The notes below the pieces were generated by a model. It made no database searches, was not told the DNA's origin, and saw only the letters and a program-made list of their open reading frames with translations. Position numbers and translations under genes: made by a program. 64,000 nucleotides of DNA from an uncultured PS1 clade bacterium (GTDB lineage Bacteria; Pseudomonadota; Alphaproteobacteria; MED-G09), in the NCBI GenBank assembly GCA_902626605.1, contig CACOFZ010000002.1, forward strand, positions 89,586 to 153,585. Reading direction: 5' to 3'. Positions 39,382-49,570 of this stretch are shown piece by piece (the stretch's first letter is position 1; every line of letters starts with the position of its first letter).

Positions 39382-41156
39382 TAGAAATCCTCTAAAAAAT
39401 TCCCCAGATTTTCACTAGTAGAACAAATAGAGCTTGATAAAGCCTTTGAATTAACAAGTATTTGAGTTGAAAAAAATAAGGCTAACTCTTTTCTCGCTAA
39501 CAAAGATTCATTTTCAGTATTCTTTTCCGATAAAGCACCTCTTGAGAGATAATGAGATCCAGCAGTAATTCCAAATAATTCAAGATAATCTGAAGCAGAA
39601 AATAAAACTGAACGTAATTTATTTTCTTTAGTCCATTCTAATAATTTTTTAGTACAAATTTCAACTTCTACAATCGCAGCATTTAGATTGTTAGCAATTT
39701 TTATAAAACCATTATCATTTTTTTCAGAACATTTTTTTGATGTTTCCTTTATCTCATCGAGAAAATTTTTAATAGCCAATCCATCGGATATTTTTAATTT
39801 TCTAGTAACAAGATCAATTGCTTGAATTCCATTAGTTCCTTCATAAATTGGAGCAATTCTTGAATCCCTGTAATGTTGAGCAACACCAGTATCTTCAATA
39901 AAACCCATACCTCCATGAATTTGGATACCGAGTGAGGCAACCTTAACTCCAATATCTGTAGCCCAGGATTTTGAAATAGGAGTTAAAAGATCGGCTTTTA
40001 GCTGGTATTTTTCTCTAATTTTATCATCTTTATGATTTTGAGCTAGATCAATAGCTATAGCATTATCATAACAAATCGCTCTGGATGCTTGTGTGAGACT
40101 CTCCATTTTAATCAGTGTCTTTAAAACATCTGGGTGTTCTATTATATTTACACTATTTTTCGATTTTCCACTGTAATGACGTCCTTGTTTTCTCTCTTTA
40201 GAGTATTCAAAAGATTGTTGTAATGATCTCTCAGCGATACCAACACCCTGCATTCCAACATTTAATCGGGCATTATTCATCATTGTAAACATGCAGGCTA
40301 ATCCTCTATTTTCTTCACCAAGAAGAAATCCTTTTGCTCCAATTTTTTCTCCAAACGACATAACACAAGTTGGTGAAGCATGAATTCCTAGTTTATTCTC
40401 CAAACCAATACATTGAAGATCATTCTTTTCTAATTCATTTGATTTTTGATTTTTAATGAATTTAGGAACTATAAAAAGTGAAATACCATTATTTCCCTCT
40501 GGTGCACCGTCAATTCTTGCTAGAACCAAATGAATAATATTTTCAGCCATATCGTGATCACCATAAGTAATATATATTTTTGTTCCTTTAATACTATAAG
40601 AACCATCGCTATTTTTTTTTGCGCTTGTCTTTAAAGCCCCCACATCAGAGCCAGCCTGAGGTTCTGTAAGATTCATTGTTCCAGACCACTCCCCTGTGAG
40701 TAATTTAGGAAGATATTCTTTTTTTTGATTCTCTGTACCGTGATGACTAATAGCCTCAATAGCCCCTTGAGTTAACATGGGGCATAAAGAAAAGCTCATA
40801 CAAGATGTATTCCATAATTCTTGTATCATTACAGATATTGTTTTAGGAAAACCTTGGCCGCCGTATTCTTTCATGCCTGAAACAGTTCCCCATGAAGAAT
40901 TGACCAACTCTTTATAAGCTTCTTTAAAACCAGGAGCAGTGGATACATTTCCATTATTTAAAATTGAACCAGCTTTATCAGCAGATTGATTTAATGGAGC
41001 AATCGAATTATCAGCTAGTTTAGCAGCTTCATATAGCAATGTTTCGACAAAGTTGTCATCCAGATCAGGCCATAATTCTGACTCAACAATATCAGAATAA
41101 TTTGCCATTTCTTTCAAAGCAAAAATCATTTGTTTAACTGGTGATGCAAATGTCAT
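39381..41156 (-). CDS. Acyl-CoA dehydrogenase, long form with C-terminal extension
   Basis: 591 aa ACAD fold with canonical catalytic region IYEGTNGIQ followed by about 130 extra C-terminal residues. 1-nt ATG/TAA overlap with the upstream MBL gene. Confidence 0.85.
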   Translation of the reverse strand: MTFASPVKQMIFALKEMANYSDIVESELWPDLDDNFVETLLYEAAKLADNSIAPLNQSADKAGSILNNGNVSTAPGFKEAYKELVNSSWGTVSGMKEYGGQGFPKTISVMIQELWNTSCMSFSLCPMLTQGAIEAISHHGTENQKKEYLPKLLTGEWSGTMNLTEPQAGSDVGALKTSAKKNSDGSYSIKGTKIYITYGDHDMAENIIHLVLARIDGAPEGNNGISLFIVPKFIKNQKSNELEKNDLQCIGLENKLGIHASPTCVMSFGEKIGAKGFLLGEENRGLACMFTMMNNARLNVGMQGVGIAERSLQQSFEYSKERKQGRHYSGKSKNSVNIIEHPDVLKTLIKMESLTQASRAICYDNAIAIDLAQNHKDDKIREKYQLKADLLTPISKSWATDIGVKVASLGIQIHGGMGFIEDTGVAQHYRDSRIAPIYEGTNGIQAIDLVTRKLKISDGLAIKNFLDEIKETSKKCSEKNDNGFIKIANNLNAAIVEVEICTKKLLEWTKENKLRSVLFSASDYLELFGITAGSHYLSRGALSEKNTENESLLARKELALFFSTQILVNSKALSSSICSTSENLGNFLEDF

Positions 41157-41238
41157 ATATAGCCTCTATATCCTTAATAAAAAATAATAGTTATTATACA
41201 AAAAAGACTTTTATAACTATAAGATTATTAAAATTAAA

Positions 41239-42186
41239 ATGAAAAAAATTAAAAAAATTAACAACAAGACTATAAATGAAGCTGTAGAATTACTTCAAAA
41301 AGGTAAACTAATTGGATTTCCAACGGAAACTGTTTATGGTTTGGGTGCTGATGCCACAAATAAAGAAGCGGTTCTAAAAATTTATAAAAATAAAAATAGG
41401 CCTAAATCAAATCCTTTGATTGTACATGTCGCAACCTTAGATCAAGCAAGGTCAATTGGTATATTTGATGAAAAAATTTTAAAAATTGTAAAGGATTTTT
41501 GGCCCGGCCCACTTACTGTTGTTTTAAAAAGAAAAGATAATTCAAAAATTTGTAAAGAACTTTGCGCAGGTAAAGAAAATATTGCAATAAGAATATCCAA
41601 TAACAAAACAATTTTATCGCTTATAAAAAAATTAGGTAAACCAGTAGCAGCACCAAGCGCAAATAAATTTGGTATGCTTAGTCCTACCTCTGCTGCACAT
41701 GTAGAGAAACAATTTTTATATAATGACGATATACCTCTAATTTTAGATGGAGGAAAAACTAGTATAGGAGTTGAAAGCACTGTAATTGGATTAGTAAATA
41801 ATAATATTATAATTTATAGGCATGGTGGAATAACAAAAGAAATTCTTGAAAAGAAAATTAATGAAAAAATTTATGAGAAATTAAATGCAAAGGCTTCAGA
41901 AAAATCAAATTTATCTCCTGGGATGTTAAAAAAGCATTACTCACCAACAGTACCTTTAAGAATTAATATTACAAACCCAAAGAAAGATGAAGTTCTTATT
42001 GGGTTTGGTGAAAATTTTAAAGAACCAAACTTAAGTAAATCTGGTAATCTAGAGGAGGCAGCTTCTAACCTTTTTTATCTTTTAGAAAAATATGAAGCAA
42101 AAGGTAGCAAAATAGCAATTGCTCCAATACCAAATATAGGTATTGGCGTAGCAATAAATGATAGACTAAACAGAGCTATCAAATAA
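41239..42186 (+). CDS. tsaC: L-threonylcarbamoyladenylate synthase, Sua5/YwlC long form (YrdC domain plus Sua5 C-terminal domain)
   Basis: 315 aa with YrdC-fold motifs (GFPTETVYGLGADA, KNRPKSNPLIVHV, ENIAIRISN) and a C-terminal Sua5 domain. Confidence 0.85.
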   Translation: MKKIKKINNKTINEAVELLQKGKLIGFPTETVYGLGADATNKEAVLKIYKNKNRPKSNPLIVHVATLDQARSIGIFDEKILKIVKDFWPGPLTVVLKRKDNSKICKELCAGKENIAIRISNNKTILSLIKKLGKPVAAPSANKFGMLSPTSAAHVEKQFLYNDDIPLILDGGKTSIGVESTVIGLVNNNIIIYRHGGITKEILEKKINEKIYEKLNAKASEKSNLSPGMLKKHYSPTVPLRINITNPKKDEVLIGFGENFKEPNLSKSGNLEEAASNLFYLLEKYEAKGSKIAIAPIPNIGIGVAINDRLNRAIK

Positions 42187-43818
42187 TTACTTCAAAGATG
42201 GAAGAACGTAATCCTTAAACTGATCTCTTAGAGTTAATTTTTGAATTTTACCTGTTGCTGTATGTGGAATTTCGTTTACAAAAACAACATCATCAGGCAT
42301 CCACCATTTTGCAAGCTTTCCATCTAAAAAATCCAGTACATCTTGAGTTGAAGGACTTTTCCCTTCGTTTGCCACACATATCAGTAAGGGTCTTTCATCC
42401 CACTTTGGGTGAAGGACACCAATTACGGCTGCTTCTGCAATATCAGGGTGACCAACTGCAATATTTTCAAGTTCAATTGATGAAATCCACTCACCACCTG
42501 ACTTTATTACATCTTTAGATCTATCGGTTATTTGCATGAAACCCATTTCATCAATTGTTGCTACATCACCTGTATCAAAAAAACCGTCTTCATCAAGAAT
42601 TTCTCCACCATCACCTTTCATATATTGACTGGAGATAAATGGGCCCCTTACTTTTAAATTTCCAAAATCTTTTCCATTCCATGGAATTTCATTATTTTCA
42701 TCATCAGTAATCTTCATTTCTACCATGTATGATGCTCTACCTTGTTTTAGCTTAATATTTACTTTGTCTTCAAAGGTAAGGTCCTCCATACCATGTTTAA
42801 ATGCTCCAATTGTTCCCAAAGGTGACATTTCTGTCATACCCCAAGCATGCATAACTGAAACTTCATAATCTCTTTCAAATTTTTCAAGCATTACTCTTGG
42901 AACTGCTGAACCTCCTATAGCAACTCGCTCTAGGTAAGGTAATTGTAAATTATTAGCTTCTAAATATTGTAATAGCATAAGCCAAACTGTTGGAACAGCA
43001 GCTGTAAAAGTAACTTTCTCCTCTGTTAATAGTTGATAAATACTCTCTCCATCCATGTTCATTCCAGGCATAACAATCTTACAACCGGACATTGGGGCAG
43101 TAAAAGATAGACCCCAAGCATTTGCATGAAACATAGGTACTACAGGCATTACGGAGTCTGTTGACTTTATACCCATTGCATCAGCATTATTTGCTACTAA
43201 TGTATGCAATACATTTGATTTATGAGAATATAGCACGCCTTTTGGATTACCTGTAGTTCCAGAGGTATAGCAAAGACCACAAGCATCTCCTTCATCGACT
43301 TTTATCCAACTAAAGTTATCATCTTCAACATCGATCATTTCTTCAAAACAAAATACGTTCTTCAATGAAGTTTCTGGCATATTTTCTTTATCAGTTAAAA
43401 AAATTATACCTTTTACATTTGGTATTTTCTCTTCGAGACCCTCCAAAATTTTAACAAAACTAATATCTGAAACAATAAATTTATTTTCAGCATGATTAAT
43501 TATGTATTCTAGTTGCTCCATAAAAAGCCTAGGATTAAGAGTATGATAAATAGCTCCTACACCAGTAATACCATACCATGACTCAAGATGACGGTGAGTA
43601 TTCCAAGCTAAAGTGCCTATTACATCAGATTTTTTAACACCAATTTTTATCAGTGCTTTTGAAAATTTTCTCGATCTTGAATGGATTTCACTATAATTAG
43701 TTCTATGAATGTCACCCTCAACTTTTCTGGTAATAATTTCTCTATCACCATGGTGAATGCTTGCATGGTCGATAAATGTATGGACCAATAACGGCCAATC
43801 TTGCATTAAACCTTTCAT
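42187..43818 (-). CDS. Fatty-acid--CoA ligase (AMP-dependent synthetase family)
   Basis: 543 aa with AMP-binding motif [12 protein letters not shown] and the ANL superfamily core. Confidence 0.85.
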   Translation of the reverse strand: MKGLMQDWPLLVHTFIDHASIHHGDREIITRKVEGDIHRTNYSEIHSRSRKFSKALIKIGVKKSDVIGTLAWNTHRHLESWYGITGVGAIYHTLNPRLFMEQLEYIINHAENKFIVSDISFVKILEGLEEKIPNVKGIIFLTDKENMPETSLKNVFCFEEMIDVEDDNFSWIKVDEGDACGLCYTSGTTGNPKGVLYSHKSNVLHTLVANNADAMGIKSTDSVMPVVPMFHANAWGLSFTAPMSGCKIVMPGMNMDGESIYQLLTEEKVTFTAAVPTVWLMLLQYLEANNLQLPYLERVAIGGSAVPRVMLEKFERDYEVSVMHAWGMTEMSPLGTIGAFKHGMEDLTFEDKVNIKLKQGRASYMVEMKITDDENNEIPWNGKDFGNLKVRGPFISSQYMKGDGGEILDEDGFFDTGDVATIDEMGFMQITDRSKDVIKSGGEWISSIELENIAVGHPDIAEAAVIGVLHPKWDERPLLICVANEGKSPSTQDVLDFLDGKLAKWWMPDDVVFVNEIPHTATGKIQKLTLRDQFKDYVLPSLK

Positions 43819-43873
43819 AAAATTCCCCTTATATAATGTGTGAATATAATATTCAGAATTTTTATGTTTTCAA

Positions 43874-44428
43874 TTAATTTAAACTATAAATACAAAACTG
43901 AGTATTACCAATAGTCTTTTTTTTATTAACTACAAACCCTTCAATCATTTCAATATTATCATTTGATGACAACTCGGTTATGACAATTCCTTTTTTATTG
44001 ATTAATTTTTTTTTATTAATTTTTTCTAAAGCAATTTTTGTTTTGGAAAAATTTTTATAAGGCGGATCTGAAAAAATTAAATCTAATGGCTTACTAAATT
44101 TGAAATTAATATTAGTTGCATCGCATTTTTTAACAAAAGATTGTTTTTCAAGATTTAAGTTTTTCAAGTTATCCTTAATTGTTATGATTGAATTAATATC
44201 ATTATCAATGAATGAACAAAACTTTGCACCTCTAGACAGGGACTCTATTCCTAAAGAACCAGATCCAGCAAAAAGATCTAAAACTTGAGTCTGATCAAAG
44301 TTAAATTTTAATCCATGTGCTAAAAAATTAAATAAAGACTCTTTTGCCCTTGCACTTGTGGGTCTTGTTTTACTTCCTTTTGGTGATTTAATTAATCTAC
44401 CAGATAAGCATCCTGAAATGATTTTCAT
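43874..44428 (-). CDS. rsmD: 16S rRNA (guanine966-N2)-methyltransferase RsmD
   Basis: 184 aa with LDLFAGSGSLGIESLSRGA (SAM site) and DPPY (FSDPPY). Confidence 0.8.
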   Translation of the reverse strand: MKIISGCLSGRLIKSPKGSKTRPTSARAKESLFNFLAHGLKFNFDQTQVLDLFAGSGSLGIESLSRGAKFCSFIDNDINSIITIKDNLKNLNLEKQSFVKKCDATNINFKFSKPLDLIFSDPPYKNFSKTKIALEKINKKKLINKKGIVITELSSNDNIEMIEGFVVNKKKTIGNTQFCIYSLN

Positions 44429-44442
44429 AAAAATTCCATTAA

Positions 44443-45186
44443 TTATAAATAAAAATAAGCTTCATATTTCTTTTTCAAAAAATTACTTGAAATTTCTCTT
44501 AATTCACCTTTTTTCATATCGTCTAGTTTAAAAGGACCATATGAAACTCTTAATAATCTGTTTACGCTTAAATCAATATGTTTAAATAGCTTCCTAATTT
44601 CTCTATTTTTTCCTTCCTTTAAAGTTATTGAAAGCCATGAATTTACTCCAGTTTTTTTTCCAATAGTTATCTTATTCCTAGAATAATTTACTCCATCAAT
44701 CGTAATCCCTTTTTCAATTAAATTTATTTTATTAAGATCGATATCTCCACGAACACGAACTTTATACTGTCTTTCAAAATTATTAATGGGTAATTCTAAA
44801 TATCTTGAGAATTCTCCACTATTAGTTAAAAGAATTAAACCCTCACTATTTATATCCAATCGACCAATGGAAATAATATTTTCTAAATTTTTCGGTAAAA
44901 TATCATATATTGTTTTTCTATTCTCTTTATCTTTTTTGGTTACAATTATCCCATTAGGCTTAAAAAAAGACCATACACGTAGTTTCTTTTGCTTGTAAAT
45001 TTCTTTGCCATCAACTCTTACTTTTGACTCTTGATTAATATTAATAGCTGCAGACTCAATGATTTTTCCATCAACCGCAACTCTTTTTTCTAAAATCATT
45101 TTTTCTGCTTTACGCCTAGAAGCTATACCGCTCTGAGCAATAAATTTTGCAATTCTTAACGGGTATTTTTTAGACTTATTTTTCAT
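44443..45186 (-). CDS. rRNA pseudouridine synthase, RsuA/RluB family (S4 domain plus catalytic domain)
   Basis: 247 aa with N-terminal S4 RNA-binding segment (LRIAKFIAQSGIASRRKAE) and catalytic GRLD motif (GRLDINSEGLILLTN). Confidence 0.8.
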   Translation of the reverse strand: MKNKSKKYPLRIAKFIAQSGIASRRKAEKMILEKRVAVDGKIIESAAININQESKVRVDGKEIYKQKKLRVWSFFKPNGIIVTKKDKENRKTIYDILPKNLENIISIGRLDINSEGLILLTNSGEFSRYLELPINNFERQYKVRVRGDIDLNKINLIEKGITIDGVNYSRNKITIGKKTGVNSWLSITLKEGKNREIRKLFKHIDLSVNRLLRVSYGPFKLDDMKKGELREISSNFLKKKYEAYFYL

Positions 45187-45243
45187 AACTTATTTTATAT
45201 TATCTTATTATTTGATTATAAAATAGTTAATGGAGAAAAGTAA

Positions 45244-45711
45244 TTGAATGATGCATTAAAAATTACAAATCAATTTATGGAAATTGCGCTTAAGGAAGCG
45301 AGGTTTGCTAGAGATCGAGATGAAGTTCCAGTTGGAGCTGTAATAGTTGATAAAAATAATAATATTTTAGCATCAAATGGTAACAGAATAATTGAATTAT
45401 CTGACCCTACTGCGCATGCAGAAATTTTATGTATTAGGGAAGCTTCTAAAAAGATAAAAAATGAAAGACTAACTGATTGTACTATCTTTTCTTCTCTAGA
45501 ACCTTGTATTATGTGTGCAACTGCAATTTCTTACTCTAGAATAAAAAAACTTTTCTTTGGTGCATACGATTATAAAACTGGAGCAGTTGAAAGTGGTATC
45601 AAATATTTTGAAACTTCATCTTGTAACCATAAGCCTGAATTCTATGGTGGTTTTAAAGAAAAAGAGTCCGAATTAATACTTAAGTCATATTTTAAAATGA
45701 AAAGAGTATAA
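45244..45711 (+). CDS. tadA: tRNA adenosine(34) deaminase TadA
   Basis: 155 aa with HAEILCIREA and PCIMCATAI zinc motifs. Apparent TTG start at 45244 preceded by GGAGA; the first in-frame ATG is at 45277. Confidence 0.85.
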   Translation: MNDALKITNQFMEIALKEARFARDRDEVPVGAVIVDKNNNILASNGNRIIELSDPTAHAEILCIREASKKIKNERLTDCTIFSSLEPCIMCATAISYSRIKKLFFGAYDYKTGAVESGIKYFETSSCNHKPEFYGGFKEKESELILKSYFKMKRV

Positions 45712-45793
45712 TATTAAGATTGCTTTTTTGTAATCTGAAGGATTATAATTTAAAGCATAAGATTTATTTAACTATAAAATTAAAGAGGAAGAA

Positions 45794-47032
45794 ATGAATT
45801 TTGATCATAGTGATAAAACAAAAGAATTAATAGCTCGAGTAGAAAAATTTATGGATGAAAATGTTTATCCAAATGAAAGTGTATACGAAGAGCAAATGGA
45901 AGCTTTCGGTGAAAATAGATGGCAAATACCTCAAATACTTGAAGATCTTAAAGAAAAAGCAAAAGCCGAAGGGCTTTGGAATTTATTCCTTCCAGAATCT
46001 GATAAAGGTGCAGGACTAACAAATGTAGAATATGCTCCTCTTTGCGAAATTTTTGGAAGAGTTGGTTTTGCTGGTGAAGTTTTTAATTGTTCAGCCCCTG
46101 ATACCGGCAATATGGAAGTTATAGATAAGTATGGCAATGAAGAACAGAAAGAAAAATGGTTAAAGCCTCTTCTAGCAGGTGAAATAAGATCAGCATATCT
46201 TATGACAGAACCTGATGTAGCATCTTCAGATGCTACTAATATCTCAACAACAATAAAAAGAGATGGCGATGAATATGTAATTAATGGAAGAAAGTGGTGG
46301 TCATCTGGTGTTATGGATCCAAGATGTAAAATCGCCATACTAATGGGTAAAACGAACCCCGAAGCACCTAGGCATCAACAACAAAGTCAAATTTTAGTTC
46401 CATTAGAAACACCAGGAGTAACAATTAAAAGACATTTGCCTGTTTTTGGTTTTGATGATGCTCCTCATGGTCACTCCGAAGTTCTTTTGGAAAATGTAAG
46501 AGTGCCTGCTGAAAATCTCTTTCTAGGAGAAGGCCGTGGATTTGAAATTAGTCAAGGTCGATTGGGCCCTGGAAGAATTCATCATTGTATGAGAGCAATA
46601 GGAGTTGCTGAAAGAACTCTCGAAAAAATGGCTAAAAGACTTCTTAGCAGGGAAACTTTTGGTAAGAAAATTGCAGATCATTCGGTTTGGGAAGAGAGAA
46701 TTGCTAGAGCTAGAATTGAAATAGAGAGCTCAAGATTATTGACAATGAAAGCTGCTTACATGATGGATACTGTAGGAAATAAAGTTGCTAGGGCAGAAAT
46801 TGCTATGATTAAAGTTTTAGCTCCTAAAATGCTTTGCAGTATTGTTGATGATGCAATCCAAGCTCATGGTGGTGGAGGTGTAACTACAGATTTTGGTCTT
46901 GGTAGAACATATGCCTCAGCAAGAGTTTTAAGATTAGTTGATGGTCCAGATGAAGTTCATAATAGAACAATTGCTAGATTAGAGTTCAAAAAATATAAAG
47001 AAGAATTAGAAGCTGCTCTAAAAATAGCTTAA
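45794..47032 (+). CDS. Acyl-CoA dehydrogenase (ACAD10/11-like, Asp at catalytic base position)
   Basis: 412 aa ACAD fold with C-terminal [10 protein letters not shown] in place of IYEGT. RBS AAAGAGGAAG before the ATG. Confidence 0.8.
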   Translation: MNFDHSDKTKELIARVEKFMDENVYPNESVYEEQMEAFGENRWQIPQILEDLKEKAKAEGLWNLFLPESDKGAGLTNVEYAPLCEIFGRVGFAGEVFNCSAPDTGNMEVIDKYGNEEQKEKWLKPLLAGEIRSAYLMTEPDVASSDATNISTTIKRDGDEYVINGRKWWSSGVMDPRCKIAILMGKTNPEAPRHQQQSQILVPLETPGVTIKRHLPVFGFDDAPHGHSEVLLENVRVPAENLFLGEGRGFEISQGRLGPGRIHHCMRAIGVAERTLEKMAKRLLSRETFGKKIADHSVWEERIARARIEIESSRLLTMKAAYMMDTVGNKVARAEIAMIKVLAPKMLCSIVDDAIQAHGGGGVTTDFGLGRTYASARVLRLVDGPDEVHNRTIARLEFKKYKEELEAALKIA

Positions 47033-47165
47033 GAGATAATTATAAAAATAAAGGTCTTAACTTTAGAGGTCTTTTTATCAACTATTTCTATAGTCCTATT
47101 TATTTTTAATTTAATCATTTTGTCTATTTATAATTATAACAAATAATTCATAAAAAACTATTAAT

Positions 47166-48566
47166 GTGAAGATTTATGATTTATATAGATTTTCCTATGT
47201 TATGGAGTTTGAATTGAGTGATAACTGGACAAAAGATAGTTGGAGAAAAAAACCTATTGTGCAGGTTCCTGACTACGACGATAAAAAACATTTAAAGGAT
47301 GTTGAGTCGCGTTTGGCATCATACCCACCTCTAGTTTTTGCAGGTGAAGCAAGAAGGTTAAAAGAAAATCTTGCTAAAGTATCTAAAGGAGAAGCTTTTT
47401 TGCTCCAAGGTGGAGATTGCGCTGAAAGTTTTGCTGAGCATCATCCAGATAATATTCGTGATACTTTTAGAGTTATGCTTCAAATGTCTATTGTACTGAC
47501 TTTTGCAGCTGGTTGTCCTATTGTTAAGGTTGGAAGAATTGCGGGCCAATTTGCTAAGCCTCGTTCAGCACCTATTGAAAAACAAGGAGATACAGAATTA
47601 CCTAGTTATAGAGGTGATATCATAAATGATATTTCTTTTGATAAAGAGTTAAGAAAGCCTGATCCAGAGAGACAGATAATGGCTTATAGACAATCAGCAT
47701 CAACATTAAATCTATTAAGAGCATTTGCTCAAGGAGGCTATGCTAATCTTGATCATGTCCATAAATGGAATATGGGTTTTGTTCGAGAGAGTAAACAAGG
47801 TGAGCAATATGATGCTCTTGCAAGCAGAATATCTGAAAGTTTAAATTTTATGGATGCAATGGGTATTAATTCTGACTCATCTCAAAAACTTAGATCAGTT
47901 GAATTTTTTACTAGTCATGAGTCTCTTTTATTAGGATATGAGGAAGCTCTTACAAGAATAGACTCAACCAGTGGTGATTGGTATGACACTTCAGCACATA
48001 TGCTCTGGATTGGTGATAGAACACGTCAACCTGATGGGGCTCATATTGAATTTGTTAGAGGTGTTAAAAATCCTATTGGAATTAAGTGCGGTCCATCACT
48101 TGAGGCTGACGAACTTATAAAACTAATTGATATTATAAATCCTGAAAATGAGGCAGGTAGGATTACTCTGATATCTAGATTTGGTGTTGATAAAGTATCT
48201 GAACATCTGCCAAAATTAATTAAGAAGGTCGAAAAAGAAGGTAAAAAAGTTGTTTGGTGTTGTGATCCTGTTCATGGCAATACAATAAAGGCTTCAAATG
48301 GATATAAAACAAGATATTTAGATACGCTTTTAAGTGAAGTAAAACAATTTATTGACATTCATCAATCAGAGGGAACTTATGCTGGCGGAGTCCATATTGA
48401 AAATACTGGTCAAAATGTTACTGAATGTTGTGGTGGTTCATTTGAAATATTAGAAGAAGACCTATCGAGCAGATATCATACTCACTGTGACCCAAGGCTG
48501 AATGCTAATCAATCACTTGATATGGCATTTTTAATTGCTGAAAGATTGAAGGAAATAAGGTCTTAG
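47166..48566 (+). CDS. 3-deoxy-7-phosphoheptulonate (DAHP) synthase, class II
   Basis: 466 aa with [11 protein letters not shown] and class II core motifs. Track start is GTG 47166; an in-frame ATG at 47205 (MEFELSDNW) is an alternative. Confidence 0.85.
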   Translation: MKIYDLYRFSYVMEFELSDNWTKDSWRKKPIVQVPDYDDKKHLKDVESRLASYPPLVFAGEARRLKENLAKVSKGEAFLLQGGDCAESFAEHHPDNIRDTFRVMLQMSIVLTFAAGCPIVKVGRIAGQFAKPRSAPIEKQGDTELPSYRGDIINDISFDKELRKPDPERQIMAYRQSASTLNLLRAFAQGGYANLDHVHKWNMGFVRESKQGEQYDALASRISESLNFMDAMGINSDSSQKLRSVEFFTSHESLLLGYEEALTRIDSTSGDWYDTSAHMLWIGDRTRQPDGAHIEFVRGVKNPIGIKCGPSLEADELIKLIDIINPENEAGRITLISRFGVDKVSEHLPKLIKKVEKEGKKVVWCCDPVHGNTIKASNGYKTRYLDTLLSEVKQFIDIHQSEGTYAGGVHIENTGQNVTECCGGSFEILEEDLSSRYHTHCDPRLNANQSLDMAFLIAERLKEIRS

Positions 48567-48570
48567 TAAT

Positions 48571-49560
48571 TTAAGAAATATTTACTACCACCCTTCCTCT
48601 CACTTGTCCGTCCAAAATTAATTGAGCAAATTCCTGAATATTATCAAGGTTTGTTTCAACAACCATTTGAGCTAATTTATTCATATCAAGATCTTTGCTT
48701 AGTCGATCCCAAGCTTTTTCTCTTTTAGACATTGGTGCCATTACAGAGTCTATTCCAATTAATGAAACACCTCTCAAGATAAAGGGTAAAACTGTTGAAG
48801 GTAAGTCCATACCCTGAGCAAGACCACATGCTGAGACTGCTCCACCATATTTAGTTTGAGCTAAAACATTTGAGAGTGTTTGACTACCAACAGAGTCAAC
48901 AGCACCTATCCATCTTTCTTTTCCAAGTGGTTTTGATGGTTCAGATAATTCATTTCTATCAATTACTGAACTAGCACCTAAACTTTTTAAATAATCCGTC
49001 TCAGATAATCTACCAGTTGAAGCGATTACAGAAAAACCTAGACTTGAAAGAAGAGATATAGCCACTGATCCGACACCTCCTGAGGCTCCTGTAACAAGAA
49101 TTTCTCCTCTATCAGGTTTAATATCAAAATCCTCAAGACCAAGAACACATAACATAGCTGTATAACCTGCTGTACCAATTTGCATTGCTTGATGATTAGA
49201 TATATTTTCAGGTAATTTTAATAAGTGCTCCGAATTCACTCTAGCTCTCTCAGAATAACCTCCATAATGACTTTCAGATAATCCATAACCATTCATTACA
49301 ACTCTATCACCTGGTGAAAACTTTGAATCCTCAGATGATTTAACGACTCCGCTAAAATCAATTCCAGGAATCATCGGAAAACTTCTCACTATTGGAGAGG
49401 CGCCTGTCATTGCAAGACCATCCTTGTAATTTAAAGTTGAATGCGTAACGTCAACAACAACATTTCCCTCCATAAGATCATTCTCAGAAATCTCTACAAG
49501 ATTAATAGTTTGTTGGTCATCGTTTTTTTCAATTTTTAATGCTTTGAATAATTCTGTCAT
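48571..49560 (-). CDS. YhdH/AcuI-family NADPH-dependent oxidoreductase (acrylyl-CoA reductase-like, MDR superfamily)
   Basis: 329 aa. The N-terminus MTELFKALKIEKNDDQQTINLVEI..LMEGNVVVDVTHSTLNYKDGLAMTG matches the YhdH/AcuI pattern. Nucleotide site GASGGVG. Confidence 0.75.
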   Translation of the reverse strand: MTELFKALKIEKNDDQQTINLVEISENDLMEGNVVVDVTHSTLNYKDGLAMTGASPIVRSFPMIPGIDFSGVVKSSEDSKFSPGDRVVMNGYGLSESHYGGYSERARVNSEHLLKLPENISNHQAMQIGTAGYTAMLCVLGLEDFDIKPDRGEILVTGASGGVGSVAISLLSSLGFSVIASTGRLSETDYLKSLGASSVIDRNELSEPSKPLGKERWIGAVDSVGSQTLSNVLAQTKYGGAVSACGLAQGMDLPSTVLPFILRGVSLIGIDSVMAPMSKREKAWDRLSKDLDMNKLAQMVVETNLDNIQEFAQLILDGQVRGRVVVNIS

Positions 49561-49570
49561 AATATTTTCC

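Noticed and set aside
45244-45276. Whether the tadA N-terminus from the TTG start is real or the gene starts at the ATG at 45277
   Set aside because: Unresolved rather than rejected. TTG has a good GGAGA RBS at proper spacing and yields a TadA-typical N-terminal length, so the TTG start was kept. Noted because non-ATG starts (GTG/TTG) recur in the ORF track (rnhB, ccrM, dusA, UDG-like, DAHP synthase) and several were re-assigned to downstream ATGs.
47055-47082. Apparent hairpin aaaggtcttaactttagaggtctttt after the ACAD gene
   Set aside because: The two arms are direct (AGGTCTT...AGGTCTT), not inverted, so no stem can form. Not a terminator.
47033-47204. Possible aromatic-amino-acid attenuator leader peptide before the DAHP synthase (Tyr/Phe-rich [12 protein letters not shown] at the 5' end)
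   Set aside because: The Tyr/Phe-rich stretch is in frame with the DAHP synthase with no intervening stop, and no terminator/antiterminator hairpins are present. More likely an N-terminal extension or a mis-chosen GTG start than a leader peptide.
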